Positions 1-8,957 of a stretch of 45,487 nt of DNA are shown piece after piece (position 1 is the first letter of the stretch; every line of letters begins with the position of its first letter). Under the pieces are notes generated by a model. The model was not told the origin of the DNA. It saw nothing but the letters and a program-made list of their open reading frames with translations, and made no database searches. The stretch is from a virus (lineage: Duplodnaviria > Caudoviricetes), in the IMG/VR virus record IMGVR_UViG_3300027815_000001, positions 1 through 45,487 of that record; one strand, written 5' to 3'. The position numbers and the translations under genes were made by a program.

Positions 1-127
1 CCTCTCCAGCGGGCAGAAGATTTTGGTTGCGTCTGCACGAGAGGCTTTTGAGCCTGCCGCCCCCGACCCCGACCTGATTGCAAACAAGTCCATTGGCGTA
101 GGTCAGAAACAGTATGACCAGTTGATC
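1..127. repeat. Terminal direct repeat, copy 1 (circular-assembly overlap)
   Basis: Identical to 45361-45487. 127 nt is a typical assembler k-mer overlap, and the capsid ORF reads through the join. Confidence 0.95.
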
Positions 128-865
128 TATGCCCGGCTTGCTCAGGCTAACGCCCTGACAGAAGGCGTGGACTTGGCACAATCCGAGCAGTTGGTGGCAA
201 ACACCATTTCCATTACCCCGACAGAGCATGGCATCATTGCCACGCTCTCAAAGCGTCTCATTCGCCGGCAAGGGGACAAGGACGTGGTAGGAACCACTGG
301 CCGCATGATTGGTGCATCTCTGAAGCGTCGTATGGCAAATGACGTGATTGCACTGTACGACACCTTCACCAAGAGTATCGTAGGTGCGTCAGTGGGTCTG
401 GACATTACCTATTTCCGTGGTGCAATGGCCTACCTTCTGACGGACAACAACTCCGCCTATGGCCCGGCTCCCTTGCCGTTGAAGGCGTCCCTGCACATTG
501 AGCAGATCAGCGACATCATGCTGGACTTGACCAACACGACAGGCACGACAGCGGGCAATGCGCCTTTCGCCAACGGTCTGTCTCAGGAATTGGTGCAGCG
601 ATGGTGGAAAGGGTCTGACCGGCTCTACAGCATCCAAATCTGGAACAGCGGCCTTATCAGCAGAGATACCAGCGGCGACTCCAAGGGGGCCATCTTTGCT
701 GAGGAGTCCATGTATATAGTGACGGCCAATGAAGCCGATGCTACTGAGGAGAAGGACAATTCCCTGCGGGCCACGGAGTACGGCATCTTCCAGGAATGGG
801 GCGAGGCGCTGGCCGTTGACCCTCACGGCCTGGAAGTTTACAGCGATACGGCTGCAACGGTCTAA
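1..865 (+). CDS. Major capsid protein, 3' part (full gene is 45326-45360 joined to 1-865, about 299 aa)
   Basis: In frame with the ATG at 45326 across the join. It follows the scaffold-like gene, and its size and C-terminal pattern fit an HK97-fold capsid protein. Call is by position and pattern. Confidence 0.8.
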   Translation, partial: LSSGQKILVASAREAFEPAAPDPDLIANKSIGVGQKQYDQLIYARLAQANALTEGVDLAQSEQLVANTISITPTEHGIIATLSKRLIRRQGDKDVVGTTGRMIGASLKRRMANDVIALYDTFTKSIVGASVGLDITYFRGAMAYLLTDNNSAYGPAPLPLKASLHIEQISDIMLDLTNTTGTTAGNAPFANGLSQELVQRWWKGSDRLYSIQIWNSGLISRDTSGDSKGAIFAEESMYIVTANEADATEEKDNSLRATEYGIFQEWGEALAVDPHGLEVYSDTAATV

Positions 866-867
866 GC

Positions 868-1485
868 ATGACGGCGCAACGTGTAGAGGAAGTCATAGCC
901 CGAGACAACGTGGCGACCTATATCGCCACGACAGATGGGCCGCGTTCTCTACGCATCTGGGATTGCATAGAAAAGCAGTGGATGGAAAGGCCCGTCCCTG
1001 ATTATCTAGCACATCAGGTCACGTTGCGCCAGGTAGTCATCAAATGTTCCGCCTGTGACTTTACCACCACCTTTGAGGGTGGGGTGAAACAACACCTTGA
1101 ACGGTTGCTGAAAGCAGCCAACGAACATCAAGAGGCAGTGATTACGGCACTCCCGCCGCAGCCAGGGCAAGGGATCGGGTCAACGCAATGCTCTGGTTGT
1201 GGGGCGGTGTTCGCAGCACGAAAGAATCAAGGGCAGCGTCATTTGGAAACTGCCCTCGCATTACCCTCTTCCCACACTCGTGTGGAAGAAGTGCGAATAC
1301 AGCGGTACAGCCTGGGGCCGGTGGAGCCAGTCGTCCTGAAGCGCACGGTTATCCTAGAGGCCAAAGCGCCAAAGGCAACGGTTGGGCCTGTCGCTAGCCA
1401 GGTGGTGCGGAGTGAAGTGGCGGCAAAGCGCAAACGCCGCCGCTCACATAATCGGAGACAGAAGCATGGTAACAGCAGTGGCTGA
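868..1485 (+). CDS. Hypothetical zinc-finger protein with basic C-terminus
   Basis: Two CxxC...H motifs (CSACDFTTT...HL, CSGCGAVF...HL) and a KRKRRRSHNRR tail. Confidence 0.7.
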   Translation: MTAQRVEEVIARDNVATYIATTDGPRSLRIWDCIEKQWMERPVPDYLAHQVTLRQVVIKCSACDFTTTFEGGVKQHLERLLKAANEHQEAVITALPPQPGQGIGSTQCSGCGAVFAARKNQGQRHLETALALPSSHTRVEEVRIQRYSLGPVEPVVLKRTVILEAKAPKATVGPVASQVVRSEVAAKRKRRRSHNRRQKHGNSSG

Positions 1486-2194
1486 ACAAGACGTTCAACT
1501 GTCCTGGGATGCGTTTCTTCCCAAAGAGACGCCGCGCAATGTGCGCCAGCATATAGACCGCTTCCGTGAATCGGAGTGGCCGAATATCAAGCGCCAGCTA
1601 GGTCAGGTATTCCACTTGGAAATCCCTGACGGCTTGGAGCCGCATTGGGTTGACCCAGGGCGGGCTATCCTGTGGCAACAGGAAGTGGTACGTCATCGCA
1701 AGGCCACGACTGACAGTGACGGGCGGCAACGCTTCGTTGCTGAAGAGGTAGCAGGCGCATGGAAGCCAATAGGCAAAGGCGTGGCCTTCAATAATGCCTC
1801 TATTATTGCTTCTTATCTGAACAAGGGCCTCCGCTTGCGTCCTCCTGTACAAGGGGTTGATGCTGTTGCGTTAGAGGCTGCCGCACCCTCCATCGTGCCC
1901 CACACTCCAGTAATTCCTGTACGAAAGTTCGTTTGTAGAAGGCATGGCGAAGGCACACATGAGTACACCACATGGAAGGCTTACGCAAGGCATTGCATAG
2001 CCTCTATGGAAACAATGGAAGAAAAGCCGCCAGAAGAAGTCCTAAAGACGATGACGCAGTTCAAGTTTTTCTGCGCTATCCACATGCAGGGCTTCAATTC
2101 AGTCAAGGCAGCACGACAACACATCACCTGGGAGTTGAAGCGTCCAGGCCGTAGCCTGCACCCGACTCTCAAAGACATGGAGGTTTCCCAATGA
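1466..2194 (+). CDS. Hypothetical protein with C-terminal Cys/His zinc-finger-like motifs
   Basis: GGAG precedes ATG 1466, a better start than 1382. Contains CRRH...HC and CAIH...H motifs. Confidence 0.7.
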   Translation: MVTAVAEQDVQLSWDAFLPKETPRNVRQHIDRFRESEWPNIKRQLGQVFHLEIPDGLEPHWVDPGRAILWQQEVVRHRKATTDSDGRQRFVAEEVAGAWKPIGKGVAFNNASIIASYLNKGLRLRPPVQGVDAVALEAAAPSIVPHTPVIPVRKFVCRRHGEGTHEYTTWKAYARHCIASMETMEEKPPEEVLKTMTQFKFFCAIHMQGFNSVKAARQHITWELKRPGRSLHPTLKDMEVSQ

Positions 2195-2688
2195 GCTTCC
2201 CTTATGCAAACGAAGCATCTGTTAGCGTCTCGCACTTCGGGATCACTGGCGCAAGCCTGACTGTTACCGAAATCCTCGGGACGCTTCCCCTTCCCGGCTT
2301 CATGGTAGGCCGTCCCGTGGATGTGACTGGCATGGAAGTAGCCATTGCCATTTCCCTGAACGGGGCTACGACCCATGCTGGTCAGGCCATCGCAAGTGGA
2401 GCTTCCACCACGGTATTCAAGCCCTATGATGGTGGCACGTCGGCATCGGCGGCCACAGGGAATAACCTTCTGGTCAATCTCGCCACCAATTTGGAGTTCT
2501 CTAACTCGGTGACTGGTGGTTGGACAGCACATCAGGCAAAGAAGAACTCGCCCACGTCCACGACCGACCTTGACGCCGACGACTGGGTAAACTTGGACGT
2601 GGCTGCAAACGCTGCTGCCGCTGGGGGCGCAGCCGAGATTGTCATGGGTGCGTTCTTCCTTTACGGAGTCCCAGGTTCAATCGCCTAA
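2191..2688 (+). CDS. Putative capsid decoration or minor virion protein
   Basis: Ala/Thr/Gly/Ser-rich beta-type sequence, GGAGG RBS, ATGA overlap, close to the capsid gene. Confidence 0.55.
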   Translation: MSFPYANEASVSVSHFGITGASLTVTEILGTLPLPGFMVGRPVDVTGMEVAIAISLNGATTHAGQAIASGASTTVFKPYDGGTSASAATGNNLLVNLATNLEFSNSVTGGWTAHQAKKNSPTSTTDLDADDWVNLDVAANAAAAGGAAEIVMGAFFLYGVPGSIA

Positions 2689-2697
2689 AGGAGCGTC

Positions 2698-3348
2698 ATG
2701 GTAGACGAAGAAAAGGCACTGGATGGAGTCTTGCCGCAAACTCTGACCTACCGTTACTATGTAAAGGCAAGGAATGGGAAGAAGCGAGACTTCATCTATG
2801 ATTTCGCAAAGGCACGGAAGTGCCCGCACCCGAACTTGGTGGCTACGGCAATGGGCGGCAACACGTATCGGTGTACGGAGTGCAACTACTTCTACACCAT
2901 CGTGACCGCCTATGCCGAGCCGATGCACTTGGCTACAGTCAAGGCTGCCTACCAACTCTTGCACTTCAGCAAAGAGTTTGGGGTAGAAGCCTTGCAGGAA
3001 GTCCTACGGCAACCTCATGGACAGTCGGACGGTACTCCCCAGAAAGGTGTTCTGCCAGAGGGGATGAACTTTGCTGACGTTCTCGCTGCGTTGGAATCGG
3101 TCAATGTCAATACGCCAGACCGAGGCGCAGCAGAACTAAGAACGTTGGTGGAGTCCACTTGGCCGTCCGAGGTGGAAATGAAACGCCGAATAGAAGCGTT
3201 GCGTGGAAGTGATGCTCCCGGGAAACGGGAGTACGCTGACAAGCTAGAAGGCATGTTGGAGGCTAGAAATGCCCTTACAGGAAGTCATGGGGAAGTGCCC
3301 TCTCTGCCAGAAGCAGCAGAGCCGAATCTACCGCAAGGGGATTCGTGA
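2698..3348 (+). CDS. Hypothetical zinc-ribbon protein
   Basis: AAGGAG RBS; CPH...YRCTEC motif. Confidence 0.65.
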   Translation: MVDEEKALDGVLPQTLTYRYYVKARNGKKRDFIYDFAKARKCPHPNLVATAMGGNTYRCTECNYFYTIVTAYAEPMHLATVKAAYQLLHFSKEFGVEALQEVLRQPHGQSDGTPQKGVLPEGMNFADVLAALESVNVNTPDRGAAELRTLVESTWPSEVEMKRRIEALRGSDAPGKREYADKLEGMLEARNALTGSHGEVPSLPEAAEPNLPQGDS

Positions 3349-4222
3349 AGACCCCGAACGGCTAGTCTACGAATGCGGATTCTGTGGACTGGTCTACCTG
3401 GACAACAGAATAGCTGACCTGAAGGAATACTATCGTTCCGTCTATCGCAAGACGCACGATAGCATCCCAGGTCAGCAACTAACAGCGGAGCAACGGTTTC
3501 ACATTCAGTACGACCTGGCGCGGCCTTCGGTGAGAAAGTTCACCAGTGAAGTGCCGCCTGGTTCGTCTGTGTTGGAAATCGGCTGCTCCGCTGGCGGTTT
3601 TCTGGGGCATTTGGTGCAGAAGGGCTACGATTGTTACGGCAGCGAATGGAATCCAGAAGATGCAGCCTTTGTGCGTGATGTTGGCGAGATTCCTTGCGAA
3701 GAAGGAGACCTCGGCGACATCTACCCTGGCAAGAAGTTCACGGCCATTGTCGCCATAGCGACCATTGAGCACATCGCTGACCCTATGGCCTTCCTGCGTT
3801 CTTGCAGAGAGAAGTTGATAGGCGGCGGTTGGCTTTACCTAGAGACACCCAATCTACAGGACGCCTTGCTGTCCATGTACGAGTGCAAGGCGTATGCCGA
3901 CTTCTGGTTCAGGGAACCGCACATCACCTACTGGAAAGCCGAGACGTTGGGGGCAGTGGTAGCTGCCACAGGCTTTGAGGCCCGTGTGTTCTGGTATCCA
4001 CGGTATGGGCTACACAATCATGTCAACTGGCTCCTCAATGGGAAGCCGATGCAGGACGTAAAGCAGGCCCGTGGCAGGCTTTCACCCGTGCCAAAGACAA
4101 ATCCAGGAGCGGGCGCACTGAACCGCATCTGGGATCAGCTTGATGAGGAATACCGAGTCCAGATGGAGACGCTGTCTGTCGCCGATACACTGACCGTAAT
4201 GGCTAGGAGGCGGGAGATTTGA
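3269..4222 (+). CDS. Class I SAM-dependent methyltransferase with N-terminal zinc-binding motif (glycan-locus type)
   Basis: CPLC...CGFCG, VLEIGCSAG SAM motif, IEHIADP and LYLETPN motifs; GGAGG RBS. Confidence 0.85.
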   Translation: MPLQEVMGKCPLCQKQQSRIYRKGIREDPERLVYECGFCGLVYLDNRIADLKEYYRSVYRKTHDSIPGQQLTAEQRFHIQYDLARPSVRKFTSEVPPGSSVLEIGCSAGGFLGHLVQKGYDCYGSEWNPEDAAFVRDVGEIPCEEGDLGDIYPGKKFTAIVAIATIEHIADPMAFLRSCREKLIGGGWLYLETPNLQDALLSMYECKAYADFWFREPHITYWKAETLGAVVAATGFEARVFWYPRYGLHNHVNWLLNGKPMQDVKQARGRLSPVPKTNPGAGALNRIWDQLDEEYRVQMETLSVADTLTVMARRREI

Positions 4223-5028
4223 GCGACGTTCCTTCTCTTCGCCATCTGATCGTAGAGGAAGACCTGAACAAAGAACTGTTCGGCATACGGGCCTTCCCTA
4301 TGCGTGAACAGTACAGGAACCCTACCGACAACTGGGGCATGGACTTCGGCATGGACATGCCTCTGCCGTGGTTGAAGCAAGTCCATAATGCCTATGCCGG
4401 CAAACGATGCTTCATGCTAGGCACAGGCCCTTCTTTGAAGGCGCAATTAGATTTGTTGCCTAAGCTGGCAGGGGAGTTCACCTTCACCTGCAACCGCATG
4501 AAGCTCTGGGGAGAGTTGCCGTTCAAGCCCTTTGTGCATTGCATTACGGAGCCGAACCCAGTCATAGACTTCGGCCAGCGCATCAAGTCGCTTTATGACT
4601 TCCCAGGGGCCATGAACAAGGTGGCCTGTATCTGGTGGCCCGTGGTGGCTAAGGGCTGGTTGTGGATGCCCAAAGCTAGCGACGATATTCAGGTGCGATG
4701 GAACGGGACGTGGGGGTTGGGTGAGCACTTGCCGCCCGTACCTACGGCATGGGCGTCTCCATTGACCATCACGCAATTGGCCCTATGGATGGGGTTCTCC
4801 GAGGTCTACATGCTGGGGGTGGACACAACGCAGCAGGGGCAAGCGTGGGATGTAGACCAGGGGCGGACAGCGAAGCCTCGGAGCATCCGTTCCATCTTGG
4901 AATGCGCTGAACGGATGAACAGGGACATCAAGCGTAGTGGGCGGCAGTTCTGGGATTGCACACCAGGCGGGCGGCTGAATACAGAGGGGGCCATAGCCTA
5001 CAAATCCCTGGGAGAGGTACTTCTATGA
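4219..5028 (+). CDS. Maf/DUF115-like putative glycosyltransferase, paralogue 1
   Basis: GKRCFMLGTGPSL, FTCN, LALWMGFSEVYMLGVD and DCTPGG match the MAF_flag10/DUF115 pattern. Confidence 0.8.
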   Translation: MSDVPSLRHLIVEEDLNKELFGIRAFPMREQYRNPTDNWGMDFGMDMPLPWLKQVHNAYAGKRCFMLGTGPSLKAQLDLLPKLAGEFTFTCNRMKLWGELPFKPFVHCITEPNPVIDFGQRIKSLYDFPGAMNKVACIWWPVVAKGWLWMPKASDDIQVRWNGTWGLGEHLPPVPTAWASPLTITQLALWMGFSEVYMLGVDTTQQGQAWDVDQGRTAKPRSIRSILECAERMNRDIKRSGRQFWDCTPGGRLNTEGAIAYKSLGEVLL

Positions 5029-5150
5029 CAGAAGCGTTTGCCTACGGTTTGGCCTTTGGGTTGACATTCGGCGGGCTTGCGGGGCTGGTTGTAGGGTCAC
5101 TGGCAGAAGACGCCTTTGACTTCATCAAGTTCTGGGATAAGAGACGTTGA
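5025..5150 (+). CDS. Small membrane peptide (41 aa)
   Basis: MTEAFAYGLAFGLTFGGLAGLVVGSLA is one hydrophobic helix; the ORF overlaps both neighbours by 4 nt. Confidence 0.55.
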   Translation: MTEAFAYGLAFGLTFGGLAGLVVGSLAEDAFDFIKFWDKRR

Positions 5151-5869
5151 TGGAACATCCCAATGCTGCCAATCTTGCCGCCCTGCACAACATAGCCAGT
5201 GGGCGCATCTTTATGCTTGGTACAGGGCCTTCGCTCCTCAAACAGCAGGACTTGCTGCCAAAGTTGCGCGACGAGGCCACTTTTGCCTGCAATAGTCTTC
5301 CCCGCTGGAAAGAGTGCCCTTTTGTCCCAACCTATTACGCCGTCACGGATATTTACGGGGCAGCCTTGCTCAAAAAATATATCTGGCCTAGCCTACAATG
5401 CCCAAAGTTCCACATTGGATGGGATACCGAGGAAAGCATACCTGAGTTCCAGTGGGTGCATAAGGCTCACGATAGCATCCAGGTCTTTTCACAGGGCTTT
5501 GTTGGGTTTGGTGAAAGCCTGCCACCTATCCCCACAGGACGCACGTCGCCGCTGACCATGTGCCAGCTTGCTGCGTGGATGGGCTACCGAGAGTTCTACT
5601 TCCTGGGTATAGAGCAAAGCGACCACGGGTATGTGTATAACCCAGAGGTGAGCTTGGGGCATTCAGGGCGTGGTTTCAATTATGGACAACGGTATCTGTT
5701 GGCGGTGCAGCGGTGCTTTGCACGGGCGCGACTGGACATAGAAGCTGCGGGGGCAAAAGTCTATGACTGTACGCCTGGTGGTTGGTTGAACAACACAGGC
5801 CAGGCAAAGCGCGGGGTAGGGCACAAGGCAGTGCTGGAATATAAGCCATTGGAAGAGGTGCTGAAATGA
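5147..5869 (+). CDS. Maf/DUF115-like putative glycosyltransferase, paralogue 2
   Basis: RIFMLGTGPSL, FACN, LAAWMGYREFYFLGIE, DCTPGG. Confidence 0.8.
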   Translation: MMEHPNAANLAALHNIASGRIFMLGTGPSLLKQQDLLPKLRDEATFACNSLPRWKECPFVPTYYAVTDIYGAALLKKYIWPSLQCPKFHIGWDTEESIPEFQWVHKAHDSIQVFSQGFVGFGESLPPIPTGRTSPLTMCQLAAWMGYREFYFLGIEQSDHGYVYNPEVSLGHSGRGFNYGQRYLLAVQRCFARARLDIEAAGAKVYDCTPGGWLNNTGQAKRGVGHKAVLEYKPLEEVLK

Positions 5870-6879
5870 GTTTCTGGAAAGGCCAAAAGGTCACGGTCAC
5901 AGGATGTTCGGGCCTGATGGGAGCGCCGCTCTGCAAGTTTCTTCTTGAAGAAGGGGCGCAACTCACAGGCTACGACATGGCCGGGGATGGAATGCTGGCT
6001 GAGTATGGGCTAGTGGGCCAGTTCCCGCTACAGGTGGAGGACATCCGAAACCGAGAGGCCCTATGGCAAGCGGTGCGGCGACGTGGATTTGTCTTCCATC
6101 TTGCAGCCGTGAGCGGGGTTGAGGCGTCTCGCCAGAATCCCAAGCGGGCCTGGACGGTGAATTGCTCTGGGACTGGCGTCGTGCTGGACGTGTGTAAATC
6201 GGCAGGGACGGATGGGGCTGTGGTGGTAGCATCCAGTAACCACGTCTATGGGTTCCAGGAGAAGATGCCTGTACCTGAGACGGCGCAGTTGAACCAGTTG
6301 GACACGTACTCTGCCACCAAGATCGCCGTGGACTATATGGCCCGCTCCTATGCCCACAACTACCGTCTCCCAACGGTTATCATGCGGAACACCAACTGCT
6401 TTGGGCCGCACGACCCGCACAGGGATCATATTGTAGGGGGAACGCTCTTCGGGCTTGCGCAGGGGCAACGGCCTGTCATTCGCGGGACTGGGAAAACCAG
6501 CAAATCCTATCTCCATGTGGCGGATGTGGTAAGGGCGTACATGGCGGCAGCTGAATGGGAGGCAGGCTCAGGACGGTGTGGGGAGGTCTTCAATGTCTCG
6601 GACAAGCCCATCACCGTGCTGGACTTTGTGACGCTCATGTGCAAAGCCACAGGGCATCTGGACATGACGCCTACCGTGTTGGGGCAGTCCAACGACCAGA
6701 GCAATGAGTGGCTGGACGATTCCAAGATAAGGACGGTGACGCCGTGGAAGCCACGCTACAGCCTAGAATCCGCAATACAGGAGACGTATCAGTGGGTGCT
6801 GGCCTCACTAGAGACGCTTACAAAGGAGAACGCCTCTTTGTCCTCGGCACAGGGCCTTCGCTCAAAGATTGCAACCTAA
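5866..6879 (+). CDS. NAD-dependent nucleotide-sugar epimerase/dehydratase (extended SDR)
   Basis: VTGCSGLMG Rossmann motif, VFHLAA, ASS, YSATK catalytic YxxxK, RNTNCFGP. Confidence 0.9.
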   Translation: MSFWKGQKVTVTGCSGLMGAPLCKFLLEEGAQLTGYDMAGDGMLAEYGLVGQFPLQVEDIRNREALWQAVRRRGFVFHLAAVSGVEASRQNPKRAWTVNCSGTGVVLDVCKSAGTDGAVVVASSNHVYGFQEKMPVPETAQLNQLDTYSATKIAVDYMARSYAHNYRLPTVIMRNTNCFGPHDPHRDHIVGGTLFGLAQGQRPVIRGTGKTSKSYLHVADVVRAYMAAAEWEAGSGRCGEVFNVSDKPITVLDFVTLMCKATGHLDMTPTVLGQSNDQSNEWLDDSKIRTVTPWKPRYSLESAIQETYQWVLASLETLTKENASLSSAQGLRSKIAT

Positions 6880-7418
6880 AGAAGCTAAAGGGCGAATACA
6901 CCTTTGGCGTCAATGGCTTATGCGCATGGAAGAACGCGCCCAAGCTGACCTTCTACGGCCTGAGCGAGCACGGGTCATGGGAGCGATGGGCGACACTAGC
7001 ACGGGATACCTTTAGCGGGGCTACGTTCATTGGGGCGAATCAGGGCCGCGCTCCGGTGAATGGGTGGTACATCGTGGACAGACGGTTCAGTTGGCCGTTG
7101 CATGGTGGATACTTCGGTGGACGGGATGCAGAGTTCCAGTGGGTGGCGATGTCGTACTCAGTGGTTTACGAGCTTTGCTTGCAAGCAGCTTTTTGGCTTG
7201 GTTTCCAGGAGGTCTATTTGTTGGGCTGCGACCATAAAGGCACGGAGCATGTGTACCAGGGCCACAACAAGTACCAGCCCGCACATCTGAGCACCCTTAT
7301 CCCAGGGGTACAGACGTGCCTTGACGTTTACAGCCAAGCAGGGCGCAAATTGCTGGACTGCACCCCAGACTCGGGGATCGGTATCATACCGCATAAACCA
7401 TTGGAGGCAGTGCTATGA
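6792..7418 (+). CDS. Maf/DUF115-like putative glycosyltransferase, paralogue 3
   Basis: GERLFVLGTGPSL, FGVN, AFWLGFQEVYLLGCD, DCTP. GTG 6792 has an AGGAG RBS, a better start than 6708. Confidence 0.8.
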   Translation: MGAGLTRDAYKGERLFVLGTGPSLKDCNLKKLKGEYTFGVNGLCAWKNAPKLTFYGLSEHGSWERWATLARDTFSGATFIGANQGRAPVNGWYIVDRRFSWPLHGGYFGGRDAEFQWVAMSYSVVYELCLQAAFWLGFQEVYLLGCDHKGTEHVYQGHNKYQPAHLSTLIPGVQTCLDVYSQAGRKLLDCTPDSGIGIIPHKPLEAVL

Positions 7419-8143
7419 ACACCATCGCAATCATACCAGCTAGGGGTGGAAGCAAAGGCATTCCGCACAAGAACATCGTGCCCTGCGCTGGTAAGCCATT
7501 GCTGTCATGGACGATAGAAGCGGCGTTAGCAGCGCACAGCGTGAGTCAGGTGATCGTGTCTAGCGACGACAAGGATATTCTGGATTGCGCCGTGCGTTAC
7601 GGGGCGCTGGCGTTCTTGCGCTCAGACGTGTTGGCGAAGGACGAAACGCCAACAGAGCCAGTGATGCAGGAGGTACTGCAAAGTCTAACGGAAGAACCTG
7701 GCACAGTCGTGCTCTTGCAGCCAACATCTCCTGTGCGTACAGGGCAGCAGATTGACGAGGCCGTGGCGGTGTTAGAGCGTGGTTATGCCTCTGTGTTGTC
7801 CGTAGTTCCAAGCCATGCCTTCCTTTGGAGGTGGCAACCTGGGAGTGCTGTAGCTGAGTACGACTACGCGCATCGGCCCCGGCGTCAAGAGTTCTCCCAG
7901 TTCCAAGAGAACGGGAGCATCTATGTGACCACGTATGCGCAATGGAAGCGTACAAGAAACAGAATTGGTGGGCGTATCGGGCTTTACATCATGCCTGAAG
8001 AATCAGCGCTCCAAATTGACACCCCACTAGACCTCTACTTGGTAGAGAAGATTTTGGAGCGGCAACATGGTCATGCTGGGGCAACGACTGGTAGCGCAGG
8101 ATCAGCCTCCGTATCTGTGCGCGGAGATTGGTATCAATCATGA
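7415..8143 (+). CDS. neuA: CMP-nonulosonic acid (acylneuraminate) cytidylyltransferase
   Basis: IIPARGGSKGIPHKNI, LLQPTSP, ENGSIY and IDTPLD are NeuA/PseF family motifs. Confidence 0.92.
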   Translation: MNTIAIIPARGGSKGIPHKNIVPCAGKPLLSWTIEAALAAHSVSQVIVSSDDKDILDCAVRYGALAFLRSDVLAKDETPTEPVMQEVLQSLTEEPGTVVLLQPTSPVRTGQQIDEAVAVLERGYASVLSVVPSHAFLWRWQPGSAVAEYDYAHRPRRQEFSQFQENGSIYVTTYAQWKRTRNRIGGRIGLYIMPEESALQIDTPLDLYLVEKILERQHGHAGATTGSAGSASVSVRGDWYQS

Positions 8144-8957
8144 CGGGAGCCTTGAACGTGCGCTTTGGCTCATAGACCAGGCGTCGCTTGCAGGCGCACA
8201 TGCCGTCAAGTTTCAGAAGCGCACCCCTGAACTGGCTGTCCCGCGTTCCGAGTGGGATAAGCCTAAAGAGACACCCTGGGGCGAGATTATGCCCTACATT
8301 GAGTACAAACGGCGCATGGAGTTCGGACGGGCAGAGTATGACGCCATTGCCCAACGGTGCAAGGACGATGGGATTGATTGGTTCGCCTCCCCCTGGGACG
8401 AACCATCTGTGGAGTTCCTGGAACAGTACGAGCCAATCGCTTACAAGATAGGTTCCCCCTCTTTGACGGACAAACCGCTCATAGAGCGCATCATCAAGAC
8501 GGGTAGGCCCATCATCCTCTCCACGGGCATGTCCACCATCTATGAGATAGGTCAGGCCGTTTGGTGGCTGCACGACCAGCAACGGCGACTGATTCTGCTT
8601 CACTGCACGTCCATCTATCCTTGCCCGCCGGACAAGATGAACCTGTCTATGCTCAGAACGCTAAGAGAAGCCTTCCCGCACGTCGTTATCGGATACTCTG
8701 GGCATGAACGTGGCACTGACCATGTGGCGGCGGAAGTGGCATTGGGGGCCTGTTTCCTGGAACGCCACTTCACCAAAGACAGGTTCGCTAAAGGCTCAGA
8801 CCATGCAGCAAGTCTAGAGCCGTGGCAGTTCTGCGACCTTGCAGTGAAGGCTAACAGGACGTGGCTGGCGCTTGGCAATGGCGAGAAGCAGGTCTATGCT
8901 GAAGAACAAGCGAATGCTGCCAAGCTCAGGCGGTCACTGTTTCAGGAGGTGCATTGA
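8067..8957 (+). CDS. neuB: Nonulosonic acid synthase (NeuB family), without C-terminal SAF domain
   Basis: AEIGINHDG, KFQKR, KIGS, STGMS, LHCTSIYP, GYSGHE, ERHFT, GSDHAASLEP. Confidence 0.93.
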   Translation: MVMLGQRLVAQDQPPYLCAEIGINHDGSLERALWLIDQASLAGAHAVKFQKRTPELAVPRSEWDKPKETPWGEIMPYIEYKRRMEFGRAEYDAIAQRCKDDGIDWFASPWDEPSVEFLEQYEPIAYKIGSPSLTDKPLIERIIKTGRPIILSTGMSTIYEIGQAVWWLHDQQRRLILLHCTSIYPCPPDKMNLSMLRTLREAFPHVVIGYSGHERGTDHVAAEVALGACFLERHFTKDRFAKGSDHAASLEPWQFCDLAVKANRTWLALGNGEKQVYAEEQANAAKLRRSLFQEVH

